Of a DNA stretch of 64,000 nucleotides, positions 48,286 to 57,668 are shown in pieces (position 1 is the first letter of the stretch; every line of letters begins with the position of its first letter). The stretch comes from Spirochaetia bacterium (lineage in GTDB: Bacteria > Spirochaetota > Spirochaetia > DSM-27196 > Salinispiraceae). The notes beneath the pieces are model-generated. The model was not told the origin of the DNA. It was given only the letters and a program-made list of their open reading frames with translations, and did not search any database. Position numbers and translations under genes: made by a program. The stretch spans positions 32,001-96,000 of the forward strand of contig JBBRCZ010000007.1 of the NCBI GenBank assembly GCA_038204425.1, given 5' to 3'.

Positions 48286-49388
48286 TATGATTGCCGCTCG
48301 GCAATCGTCTCGAGCACTAGCTTGGCTATATTTTTTGCCGCTGAGGGTATATAAATTGAGGCCCATGCTGAGGCCATGCGAGCGCGCCGCTCTTTGTTGT
48401 GAGCTAGGTCAATTAAGGTGGCTACAAGTTGACGGTCATCTGCGGCCGGATCTGGTAAAAGTTGAAATAGTTCGCAAGCCCCAGCGCTGACACACAATTG
48501 GGCATTGAGTAGCTGGTCACCACGGCTGCCTCTGGTGAGTGGCACAAGCACGGCCGGTATAGAACGGGCGGCCAACTCCCAAATGCTACCTGCGCCGGCG
48601 CGACTAAGAACTAGGTCTGCACTGGCGAGCACATCTGCGTAGTTTTGGCTAAAAAAGTCTCGCCTAAAATAAGCTGCATCGATATCGATCACATTTTCTT
48701 GCATGCTTCCGCTCTGATGGACAATGCGATAGTGTTGCAAGAGCACCTGCAAATGATTGTTGACAATTTGGTTTATTTGGCGCGCGCCGAGGCTGCCACC
48801 TTGGACAAACAAAACAGGTTTGTCGCTAGGCAAATCACTAAAGCCCACGGCGCTTAGTCCACGCTGCCGTTGCCCAAGAAAAATCTCTTTTCTGACAGGG
48901 TTACCGGTTAGTATTGCTTTGTTGGCGGGATAGTGGGACAAACTGGCGCTATAGGGTACACATACCTTTGAAGACCAACGCAGATTGAGGCGGGTTGCTA
49001 GTCCTGGATCGCTATCTGACTCATGGCTTATAACTGCTATGCCCAAGAGACCTGCTGCAAGCACGGGTGGCACACTAACATAGCCGCCTTTAGAAAAGAC
49101 TATCACTGGCTTAAGCTTGCGCAGGACAGCAATAGAACGAAAAATACCGGCCAGGGTTTTAAAGACGTCTATGATGTTTTCTAATGATAGGTAGCGTCGT
49201 AGTTTGCCGGTTGGAATGCCAATAAAGCGGATTCCCCAGCGGCGCACCAGTTGGCGTTCTATACCTTTGGTGCTACCTATCCAGACCAAGTCATAAATGC
49301 CAAGAGCGGCAAGTTCTTCGGCAAGAGCAAGAGCAGGAAATACATGGCCACCGGTACCGCCACCGGTAATGACAATAATTGGCTTCAT
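48285..49388 (-). CDS. murG: MurG glycosyltransferase
   Basis: TGGGTGGHVFP, KGGYVS, HESD, TGNPVR, GGSLGA, SRAGAG, GDQLLNA. Confidence 0.97.
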   Translation of the reverse strand: MKPIIVITGGGTGGHVFPALALAEELAALGIYDLVWIGSTKGIERQLVRRWGIRFIGIPTGKLRRYLSLENIIDVFKTLAGIFRSIAVLRKLKPVIVFSKGGYVSVPPVLAAGLLGIAVISHESDSDPGLATRLNLRWSSKVCVPYSASLSHYPANKAILTGNPVRKEIFLGQRQRGLSAVGFSDLPSDKPVLFVQGGSLGARQINQIVNNHLQVLLQHYRIVHQSGSMQENVIDIDAAYFRRDFFSQNYADVLASADLVLSRAGAGSIWELAARSIPAVLVPLTRGSRGDQLLNAQLCVSAGACELFQLLPDPAADDRQLVATLIDLAHNKERRARMASAWASIYIPSAAKNIAKLVLETIAERQS

Positions 49389-49406
49389 AACTATACTTAG
49401 GTTATC

Positions 49407-50306
49407 ATGATTCATACAACTGCGTCTAAAGCTCAAGCTTTAAAAAACGGCCGATTGCTAGCAATTGCACTTACTTGCTTTCTCTTGTTGGCACCGAGTC
49501 TGGCTGCGGACTTGTCTGCACAGAATAGAGCCGGTCCTTCCACAAGACCAGCTTACCTACTGCCCGATGCTGCGCTGGCAGATAGTCTCTCTTTGAGCGC
49601 CAGTAACAGAGACAGTTTTTTGCGTACTGGGCAGGTGATGGTTCTGTATGACGATCAACCAAGCACTGTTTTGTCTCCCAATCCCGGGCGCAACAAAGCC
49701 ATCTACCAAGACATGAAGAAGGTAGGCCCAAGTTTGGGTATGGAATTGCTGGCGGCCTATCCCATGCCAAAAAAGCTAGCCCAGGCAAGCAACCGCGAGC
49801 TCTTGATCTACACGCAACTTCAGCAGTTTAAAAGTATGGAAGGCATCACCTATTGGTCAGCTAGTCGCGCCGAAAATCGCGTGTTCTATATTCGATCTAG
49901 TCTTGTGGACAACCCTAGCCAACGCAGGCCACTGCAGGACCCGGTGCCCAAGTCCATCGAAGCAGTCAAAACAGCTTGGCTCTTGCAAGAGGACTCGTCT
50001 TTTGGCAACAACCTTTACAGCATGCGCATTCAGGCTCCCGAGCCAGGCTACCTCGAGCTGGACTTGCTCAACTGGGAGCAGATTTGGTACGGTATAGCAC
50101 CAGTTTTGGGACCACAGGGTTTGATTTGCAAAATATCAATCAGCATGCGCGGGCAGTATCTGCTATTCTATGGCAACACAGCCATCAATGCGGCCCGTGT
50201 TTTTGGCTTGGACGAAAAAGCGCGCACAAGCTATACCAACCGTATGCTGGCGCTTTTTTGGTGGTTTTGTGGACGTTTGGAGATTCAGGAAAGCCAATTG
50301 CCCTAG
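49407..50306 (+). CDS. Exported hypothetical protein, spirochaete-type (DUF6675-like)
   Basis: Signal peptide; MEGITYWSASR, QEDSSFG, SYTNR. The family name is from memory and unverified. Confidence 0.6.
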   Translation: MIHTTASKAQALKNGRLLAIALTCFLLLAPSLAADLSAQNRAGPSTRPAYLLPDAALADSLSLSASNRDSFLRTGQVMVLYDDQPSTVLSPNPGRNKAIYQDMKKVGPSLGMELLAAYPMPKKLAQASNRELLIYTQLQQFKSMEGITYWSASRAENRVFYIRSSLVDNPSQRRPLQDPVPKSIEAVKTAWLLQEDSSFGNNLYSMRIQAPEPGYLELDLLNWEQIWYGIAPVLGPQGLICKISISMRGQYLLFYGNTAINAARVFGLDEKARTSYTNRMLALFWWFCGRLEIQESQLP

Positions 50307-50311
50307 TTCTT

Positions 50312-50358
50312 CTGACGGCTTGTTCACGATCTGACCAAATTTTCACCAATTTTTAACA
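50312..50358 (+). promoter_or_regulatory. Putative Pho box array upstream of phoU-phoB-phoR
   Basis: Hexamers with 11-bp period: CTGACG 50312, TTCACG 50323; CTGACC 50331, TTCACC 50342, TTAACA 50353. Confidence 0.55.
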
Positions 50359-50432
50359 AATGACGCCCACTATTGGCCAAACAAGGATCAGCCAAGGGCC
50401 AGCGCCACCAACAAGAAAAGGATGTCACTTTT

Positions 50433-51092
50433 ATGGAAACACGTCAGAGATTTTCCCATCAGATGGCAGACGTATACCAAGTCTTGCTTAGGATGGGTGC
50501 CTTGGTAGAAGAAGCTCTCTACAAGGCCCTGACGGCTGCCAAGCTGCATGACAAGGAACTGGCCGATGAGGTAATCAACAAAGACTACTTGATCAACGAA
50601 TGTCAGTATCAAATTGAAGATAAGTGCACGCTCATTATTGCTACTGAGCAGCCAGTCGCCAGTGATTTGCGAGAATTGATTACTTTAATAAAAATAGTCA
50701 GTGACCTGGAACGTATTGGCGACCATGCCAGGCATTTGGCAAAAATCGTGCATAGCGTTAGAGAAAGCCTCTTGCTTAAGTTTTTGCCCAACATTATTGA
50801 GATGACCGAGCACGGCATTCAGATGGTGCATCTGTCGCTCAACGCCTTAGTCAACAAAGACTCCCAACAGGCTACGGTTGTTGCCAAAATGGATGCCCAC
50901 CTCGACCATATGCATGAACAGTGTTTTTTAAAAATAGTCGCCGTGATGAAGGAATCTCCTGAACAAGTAGAGGAAGGAACCTCTCTAATTTTTCTCAACC
51001 GCTTCTTAGAAAGACTCGGCGACCATGTAACCAATATTTGTGAATGGATTGTGTATGCCAGAACGGGCAAACACACTGAGCTGAACGACTGA
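50433..51092 (+). CDS. phoU: Phosphate signalling protein PhoU
   Basis: EQPVASDLR, DLERIGDHA, LERLGDHVTNICEW. Start 50433 (AAGGA SD). Confidence 0.95.
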   Translation: METRQRFSHQMADVYQVLLRMGALVEEALYKALTAAKLHDKELADEVINKDYLINECQYQIEDKCTLIIATEQPVASDLRELITLIKIVSDLERIGDHARHLAKIVHSVRESLLLKFLPNIIEMTEHGIQMVHLSLNALVNKDSQQATVVAKMDAHLDHMHEQCFLKIVAVMKESPEQVEEGTSLIFLNRFLERLGDHVTNICEWIVYARTGKHTELND

Positions 51093-51105
51093 AAGGCGGG
51101 CGACT

Positions 51106-51855
51106 ATGTCAAACAAACTTATTGTTGTAATTGATGATGAAGCAGATCTCTTAGAACTGATTCGTTACAATTTTGAGCAGGAAGGTTATCAGGTTATGAC
51201 TGCCGAAAACGGCGAGAGTGGACTTGCTTTGGTTCAATCGCTGGCGGCCAAAACGCCTCCGGCCTGCATTTTGCTTGACCTGATGCTACCGGGTATGGAT
51301 GGCATGAGTGTCTGTCGCAAACTCAAGGCCAAGGAACTTACCCAATCGATTCCGGTAGTAATGTTGACTGCCAAGGGATCAGAATCAGACATTGTTGCTG
51401 GCTTGGAGCTCGGCGCCGATGACTATGTTAGCAAACCATTTAGCACCAAGATTTTAGTAGCTCGCGTCCGAAGCGCAATTAGGCGTCAAGAAGATCGCGC
51501 TGATCAAGAACAGCAAGCGCCCTTAAGTCGCCCGAGCGAAGACAGTCAAGAGAACCAAACTCAGCTTGTGGTCGGACTTATCAAAATGGACCTGGCTCGG
51601 CATCAAGTCTGGGCGGCCAATCACGAGGTCGAACTATCTGCAACCGAGTTTATGATACTCGAATTTTTGGCCCGCAATCCAGGTTGGGTTTTTAGCAGAG
51701 CACGCATCATCGATGGCATTCGTGGCAAAGACTACCCAGTAACCGAACGATCGGTAGATGTGCAAGTCTTGGGGCTGCGCAAGAAACTCGGCCCAGCCGG
51801 TGGACAGTTGCAAACTATCCGCGGTGTTGGCTATCGACTGCAAGACAGCGTATAG
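51106..51855 (+). CDS. phoB: OmpR/PhoB response regulator
   Basis: DLMLPGMDG, GADDY, ERSVDV, TIRGVGY; lies between phoU and the kinase. Confidence 0.88.
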   Translation: MSNKLIVVIDDEADLLELIRYNFEQEGYQVMTAENGESGLALVQSLAAKTPPACILLDLMLPGMDGMSVCRKLKAKELTQSIPVVMLTAKGSESDIVAGLELGADDYVSKPFSTKILVARVRSAIRRQEDRADQEQQAPLSRPSEDSQENQTQLVVGLIKMDLARHQVWAANHEVELSATEFMILEFLARNPGWVFSRARIIDGIRGKDYPVTERSVDVQVLGLRKKLGPAGGQLQTIRGVGYRLQDSV

Positions 51856-51861
51856 TCCTTA

Positions 51862-53574
51862 ATGAAATTTAAAGAACTGCTCCAACAATATGCCAGAGAA
51901 CTTGTCAGTGCTTTTTTTCTTTGTTTGATCCTGCCTTGGCTGTTTAGCTCAGTCCTTAGCAGGCTCATACATTACGAGGCAGTTAGTCAACTTATTGCGA
52001 TGGACCGGTTTTTGGAAGAAACTCAAGCCTTAGTGCAGTTCTCTTATCAGAGCAAAACAGCACGTCCAGAAGCACCAGAACTACGAGAGTTGACAATTTC
52101 CACTTACAAGCAACTTGTGGACCAGCAGTCCGCTCTGCTCTTGGTTCCTGAAGTACAGGAGGCCCTGCTCGTGGGCCAAGCAAGCTCATTGCATCAGCTT
52201 GACAGTCTTGGTCTGGTGACTAGCCTAGCGCGCTTTGACGCCACAAGTCAACGAGTTTTTTTTGCACGCTCGTCGCACCTTGGAGCGGAAGCACTGAGGA
52301 CTTGGGCGATACTGATTGGACTTGCGCTTGGCCTAGCTTTGCCAGCCTGTCTAGCAATCTTGCGCTTGGTCCAAAAGTCTCGTCAAGAACGAGAGCTTGA
52401 TTTTGTAGTCCACAACGCCAAAACCTTGCTCAGCAACGGCACTCCGCCTCTGCCTTCTCATCTCAGTCCGCAGCTCGCACTGATACTCGAGCAGTTGCGC
52501 AGTGCCTTTTCAAGCATCTGGCCCGAGCGGCTTAGTTTGATCAAACGCAAAGCCGAACTTGAACTAATTTTGCAAACTATGGACGAAGGAATTGTGGTGC
52601 TCAATGGCCAGTGCCGCATCAAGAGTATCAATCAACAAGCGCGCTTGCTTTTGGACTTGCATCATGAAGAACTACGCGGTCAAACTCTAGTTCACTTGGT
52701 CAGAGTTCCGATGGTGATGGAATTGCTTGAGCTTTGCCTCAAAGGCGAAGATCATTTAGAACGCGAAGTTACCCTGTATCGAAAAAATCCGCTCCACCTG
52801 CGGCTGACCGTGCATAGAATTGTAGCCAACAAAGAAAACTCTGGTGGCATCCTACTGATAGTTGCCAACGTAAGCAGCCTCAAGCATCTTGAAGAAGTGC
52901 GACGAGATTTTGTCGCCAACGTTAGTCACGAGCTGCGTACGCCAATAACTGCCATCAGGGGTTTTGCCGAAACGTTGGCTGACGGTGCCAAAAATGATCC
53001 ACAGCAAAACAGTCGTTTTATAGATATAATTTTTCGTCAGAGCAAACGCCTTGAGTCCATAATTGATGATTTGCTCACCCTATCGCAAATTGAACAAACC
53101 GGAACGAGCATTCAAACCGAGCAAGGCAGTTTTGGCGACTTGGCTGCGGAAGCAATTGAGTTAGTAAAACCACGGGCAATAGAAAAAAACACTACCATTG
53201 TAGTCGAGGGCCAAGACTGTAAAGTACGTGTCAACCGAGCCTTGTTGGAACAGGTTCTGGTCAATTTGATTGACAATGCAATTAAGTACTGCCCCGATAA
53301 AAGCGAGATCAGGCTTTTGTGGCACAAGAAGGATCAAAAGCTTTGGATTACGGTAGAAGACAATGGCCCCGGCATACCCATAAAAGATCAAGCACACATT
53401 TTTGAAAGATTTTATCGCATAGATAAGGCGCGCAGTAGAACCATGGGTGGCACGGGACTGGGTCTTTCGATAGTCAAACATATCGTCATTGCCCATGGCG
53501 GCAAGATAGAGCTAATGAGCGTGCCCGGTGAAGGCGCTAGATTTCTTATTTGGCTACCGCAAACAAATAAGTGA
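51862..53574 (+). CDS. phoR: PhoR-like sensor kinase
   Basis: Two TM segments, PAS domain, RRDFVANVSHELRTP, FERFYRIDKARSR, GGTGLGL. Confidence 0.9.
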   Translation: MKFKELLQQYARELVSAFFLCLILPWLFSSVLSRLIHYEAVSQLIAMDRFLEETQALVQFSYQSKTARPEAPELRELTISTYKQLVDQQSALLLVPEVQEALLVGQASSLHQLDSLGLVTSLARFDATSQRVFFARSSHLGAEALRTWAILIGLALGLALPACLAILRLVQKSRQERELDFVVHNAKTLLSNGTPPLPSHLSPQLALILEQLRSAFSSIWPERLSLIKRKAELELILQTMDEGIVVLNGQCRIKSINQQARLLLDLHHEELRGQTLVHLVRVPMVMELLELCLKGEDHLEREVTLYRKNPLHLRLTVHRIVANKENSGGILLIVANVSSLKHLEEVRRDFVANVSHELRTPITAIRGFAETLADGAKNDPQQNSRFIDIIFRQSKRLESIIDDLLTLSQIEQTGTSIQTEQGSFGDLAAEAIELVKPRAIEKNTTIVVEGQDCKVRVNRALLEQVLVNLIDNAIKYCPDKSEIRLLWHKKDQKLWITVEDNGPGIPIKDQAHIFERFYRIDKARSRTMGGTGLGLSIVKHIVIAHGGKIELMSVPGEGARFLIWLPQTNK

Positions 53575-55102
53575 TCAGCACTTGAATAGTGCCAATACCA
53601 AAACCCAAAATCGCACCAAAAACGTTAATCCAAGCAAACTCGCGGCCGACCAGACCGATTATTAGCCCTTCAAGTTGTGCCATATCAAGCTTGGATACTT
53701 GTCCTTCCACCATTTTTTGTAGATTAAAACCGTTGACCACTTTGGGCAAAACTTGGGCAAGCACCGAGCTGACCGACTCAAGCAGCAGGCGGTCAAAGGA
53801 CTCTTTTTGGCTCATAAATTGTGGACGTAAGGCGGCAGCCAAGCCGGGCTGTAAGTGCACTTTGCCGACTACTATGCCCACCACAAGTGTAACCAGCTTT
53901 TCTGCAAGTGCTGGCTTTCTTGCTTGAAGAATCAAAAAGGCCGACACTTGTCGCGCCAAAACCTGCTTTCGCTTTTGATCGATGCCAAACAGTTGAGCAA
54001 AGCTTTGCGCCTCCCCACCCCCCTGGACAGGTTTACTGGCGACAAAAAGTCTAACTAGACCGCCTTCTTGCAAAAACTGGCCGACAGCCTGGTAGGCCTT
54101 AAAGGCGAGATCCTTAAAAGAAAATCCGTAGCGTTCTTCTAAGTCTGCCAAGGGCAAAGTTCCAATGTGGTCCAAAAAATCGGCGACAATCTTGGGCCAA
54201 AGCGCAATTGTCTGTTGGGAAGCAAGGAAGGACTCCAGCTCAAGCAAGGTCTGGTCAACAAAGCCAGGAAGAATCTTGTGCAAAGACGCCTCGTAGTTGC
54301 CAAGGCGCATCAAGCCTCGTTGCAATGGATTGAGTTCTTCAATGGCTTTGCTCAAAAGTCGCTTGGCACGGGAGACTAGGTCGGTCTTAATTTCTGTGGT
54401 ACTCAAGGCGTCTATTAGGGCCTTTGTCAAAAAAGGATAACTGCGGGAAGCAAGATTCTTAGCCAGTCCCACTATCTCGCTCACCAAGGACGGAGACAAA
54501 AGTCTTGGTCGTTTGCCCAGAGTCATAGCCATTAAAGCCATGAGCCTCTGACTTGCTTGTTTACTGTGCTTATTGCTCAAAAATTTTGATAAGAAGCTTT
54601 GCAGACGGCCTATGCTTTTGGCAGAAACACCAAGGCCCTGCGGGCTTAGTGCCAACAAAAGGTCAAAAAGTCCACTCAAGATTTTTTTTAGGCCTTGCTC
54701 AAAGCGTGGTGAGCCCAAAAATGTTTTGAGAAAATCAACACTAAGTGTTTTGGTGTCGAGACTTAGCTTATCTGCCTTGGCACCGTCATCTGTTTGTGTC
54801 GAACCAAAAATACTTGAGGTGAGCCCAGAGATTGCCTTATAGAGTACGTCCTGAACACCAGGATCACCAAGATGAGCAAGTAATCCTTCTTTCTCAAAGA
54901 GTTGTTGTGAAACCATCTTGCCAAGTGAGACTGCTAGGCGATCGCGCTGGCGCGGAATAATGCCTGGTGTAAAGGGAAGTTTAAATCTTCCAATATAGTG
55001 AGCCTTGTAGGGCCTAAAAAGCATTTTGATAGCAATTGCATTGGTTATGTAGCCAATTGCCGCGCCAACGAGACCGGATAGTAGAAACATCCATAGGTTC
55101 AT
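53546..55102 (-). CDS. DUF445 family protein
   Basis: IGYITNAIAIKMLFRP, FTPGIIP; C-terminal INVFGAILGFGIG. Confidence 0.88.
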   Translation of the reverse strand: MNLWMFLLSGLVGAAIGYITNAIAIKMLFRPYKAHYIGRFKLPFTPGIIPRQRDRLAVSLGKMVSQQLFEKEGLLAHLGDPGVQDVLYKAISGLTSSIFGSTQTDDGAKADKLSLDTKTLSVDFLKTFLGSPRFEQGLKKILSGLFDLLLALSPQGLGVSAKSIGRLQSFLSKFLSNKHSKQASQRLMALMAMTLGKRPRLLSPSLVSEIVGLAKNLASRSYPFLTKALIDALSTTEIKTDLVSRAKRLLSKAIEELNPLQRGLMRLGNYEASLHKILPGFVDQTLLELESFLASQQTIALWPKIVADFLDHIGTLPLADLEERYGFSFKDLAFKAYQAVGQFLQEGGLVRLFVASKPVQGGGEAQSFAQLFGIDQKRKQVLARQVSAFLILQARKPALAEKLVTLVVGIVVGKVHLQPGLAAALRPQFMSQKESFDRLLLESVSSVLAQVLPKVVNGFNLQKMVEGQVSKLDMAQLEGLIIGLVGREFAWINVFGAILGFGIGTIQVLITYLFAVAK

Positions 55103-55554
55103 TGTGGCTGATCTAGTACCGAAGTTGAGGAGCTTAGACGGCGCGCACTAAGTTGTGCCTTGGCCTTGAGATCATAGAGGCTAATACCTCGCAGCTGTAC
55201 CCACAGTTCTTGTTCTACCTTAAAGCTGCTTCCGGCATCGAGCACTTTGCGCCAACTCTCTTCTGCTTCGGACTGCCCCATCGTGTCGGTGGAAATCTGC
55301 AAGAGGTCTCCAGCACGGAAAACCGTTACAATGGTGGCTTGGTTGCTGGCCTGGGAATAGGCTTTGAGATAGGGTTTGTTGACCACTGCCCAAGCAGGAC
55401 TGGCGATCAAACTGGGAGTTTCTGGCAGGACCAAGCCTTTACTTTCTTGCTGCTGACAGGCACCAGAAAAGAAAACTAGTGCCAAAATCACTAGCACCAC
55501 AGAGCCTTTCTTTTTCATAGCCTCAAGTATAGGAACTTTAAGCATTGTTGTCAC
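55099..55554 (-). CDS. Small lipoprotein, possibly SH3-like
   Basis: Lipobox FSGAC; WAVV..PY; true start may be ATG 55518. Confidence 0.65.
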   Translation of the reverse strand: MTTMLKVPILEAMKKKGSVVLVILALVFFSGACQQQESKGLVLPETPSLIASPAWAVVNKPYLKAYSQASNQATIVTVFRAGDLLQISTDTMGQSEAEESWRKVLDAGSSFKVEQELWVQLRGISLYDLKAKAQLSARRLSSSTSVLDQPQ

Positions 55555-55566
55555 CGTGGATTTTGT

Positions 55567-57558
55567 TCATTTGTTTCCCTGACCTTTTAGTCGTTCGATT
55601 TCGTCTCTAACCAAGGCGGCCTGTTCAAACTCGAGATTTTTTGCGTGCTCAAGCATCATGTCTTGCAGTTCTCTAAGGTAGGCTTTGCGATCCTTGGCTT
55701 CCAGCAAATTGTAGCGCTTTTGCATGATCTCTATGGTCATGGTTTGCACTTCTATCTTTTCTTGCTTCTGGCGAATGAGCATGTCATGAATAGCTTTTTT
55801 GACGGTCAGTGGAGTAATTCCATGCGCAGTGTTGTATTGCTCTTGAATAGTGCGCCGACGAGTAGTCTCGTCAATTGCTCGTCGCATAGCATCGGACTCG
55901 CGGTCTGCGTACATGATTACCATTCCGTTGACGTTACGGGCAGCGCGCCCAATAGTCTGGATTAGACTGGTTGCCGAACGCAAGAAGCCAATTTTATCGG
56001 CATCCAGAATCGCAATTAGACTTACCTCGGGCAAGTCCAAGCCTTCGCGCAATAAGTTGATGCCAATCAAAACATCAAAAATACCCTGCCTTAGTTGGGT
56101 CAGAATTTCTACTCTCTCAATAGTTTCTATTTCTGAATGCAGATAGCGCACTTTGAGTCCCATGTTGGCAAAGTAAGTACTCAAGTCTTCTGACATTTTT
56201 TTGGTAAGCGTTGTCACCAGTGTTCGTTCGCCAGCCGCTATTCTGCTTCTAATTTCTCCATACAAGTCTTCTATCTGCCCTTGGCTGGGACGCACAACTA
56301 TCTGAGGATCAAGTAGCCCGGTTGGCCTAATCACCAACTCAACCTCTTGCTCGGCGCGCTCGGCTTCTTCGGTACTCGGTGTAGCCGAGACAAAGACAGT
56401 TTGGTCCAATAGAGAAAGATACTCGTCGTAAAAAAGTGGTCGATTGTCGAGCGCCGACGGCAGCCTAAAACCAAACTCAACCAGGTTGAGTTTACGCGAT
56501 CGGTCACCAGCATACATACCTCGCACCTGCGGCAAACTGACATGCGACTCATCAACAAAGGTCAAAAAATTGTCGGGAAAATAGTCAATCAAGACGGCAG
56601 GCCTTTCGCCTTCGATGCGCCCTGTTAAGTGGCGACTGTAGTTTTCTATGCCAGAACAATAACCGACTTCGGTCAACATTTCTAAGTCGTACTCGGTTCG
56701 ACTCTTGAGTCTTTGCGCCTCAACTAAGCGATTGGCGCCTTCCAGTTTGTCAACTTGGGTTTGCATCTCTTGCCTTATACGGTCAATTGCTGGTGCCACA
56801 GCCGTTTCTTCCATCACAAAGTGCTTGGCAGGATAGAGCATTAAAGACAAGGGTTCTTCAAGAATTTCACCAGAAATGGGATGCAAAACTTTGATCTTGC
56901 CAATGTGTTCAAAGTCGAGCTCTATACGGTAGATAGCGTCAGCGTAGGCCGGGTGGATCTCGAGGGCCTCGCCTCGCACGCGAAAGTCTCCTCGCTCGAG
57001 AACGGCATCGTTGCGTTCGTATTGCAGTTGAATAAGTCTAATCTTGATGGCCTGCAGATCCAAGGTTTGGCCAACGTCCAAGCGCAGGCGCATTTCGCGG
57101 TAGTCGCGCGGACTGCCCAGTCCATAGATGCACGAGACAGTAGCGACGACAATCACATCGGGTCGTTCGAGCAAGCTCGCCGTAGCCGCCAAGCGCATTT
57201 TGTCGATCTCCTCGTTGATCGAGGAGTCTTTTTCTATATAGAGGTCTTTTTTGGCCACGTAGGCTTCTGGTTGATAATAGTCATAGTAAGAAACGAAGTA
57301 TTCGACAGCGTTGTTAGGAAAAAAATCCTTAAACTCGCGATACAGCTGGGCTGCCAGCGTCTTGTTGTGGCTCATGATAAGGGCCGGTTTTTGCATCTTC
57401 TCGATGATTTTGGCCATAGTATAGGTCTTGCCCGAACCGGTGACGCCTTTAATGGTCTGAAACTTCATGCCCTTGTCCAGCCCCTCGCAAATCTTCTCAA
57501 TAGCGTTGGGCTGATCCCCCGATGGTTCAAATCCTGCATGCACCACAAACTTGTTCAT
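55567..57558 (-). CDS. uvrB: Excinuclease ABC subunit B
   Basis: GVTGSGKT, FVSYYDYYQPEAY, DESH, QTIGRAARN, C-terminal UVR domain. Confidence 0.98.
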   Translation of the reverse strand: MNKFVVHAGFEPSGDQPNAIEKICEGLDKGMKFQTIKGVTGSGKTYTMAKIIEKMQKPALIMSHNKTLAAQLYREFKDFFPNNAVEYFVSYYDYYQPEAYVAKKDLYIEKDSSINEEIDKMRLAATASLLERPDVIVVATVSCIYGLGSPRDYREMRLRLDVGQTLDLQAIKIRLIQLQYERNDAVLERGDFRVRGEALEIHPAYADAIYRIELDFEHIGKIKVLHPISGEILEEPLSLMLYPAKHFVMEETAVAPAIDRIRQEMQTQVDKLEGANRLVEAQRLKSRTEYDLEMLTEVGYCSGIENYSRHLTGRIEGERPAVLIDYFPDNFLTFVDESHVSLPQVRGMYAGDRSRKLNLVEFGFRLPSALDNRPLFYDEYLSLLDQTVFVSATPSTEEAERAEQEVELVIRPTGLLDPQIVVRPSQGQIEDLYGEIRSRIAAGERTLVTTLTKKMSEDLSTYFANMGLKVRYLHSEIETIERVEILTQLRQGIFDVLIGINLLREGLDLPEVSLIAILDADKIGFLRSATSLIQTIGRAARNVNGMVIMYADRESDAMRRAIDETTRRRTIQEQYNTAHGITPLTVKKAIHDMLIRQKQEKIEVQTMTIEIMQKRYNLLEAKDRKAYLRELQDMMLEHAKNLEFEQAALVRDEIERLKGQGNK

Positions 57559-57633
57559 TACAACCTCTGACCATAAAATACGCTATTTTAGATGCATTGC
57601 CCACTGGCAAATTGGGCTCGGATAAAGAGGGTG

Positions 57634-57662
57634 TTGACAGCACTTGCAAGTCCCCTTAGGAT
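57634..57662 (+). promoter_or_regulatory. sigma70-type promoter, predicted leaderless
   Basis: TTGACA, 17 bp, TAGGAT, 6 nt, then ATG at 57669; no SD. Confidence 0.7.
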
Positions 57663-57668
57663 ACGCTC

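Noticed and set aside
56881..57570. 229-aa plus-strand ORF
   Set aside because: Antisense shadow of uvrB with no recognisable motifs.
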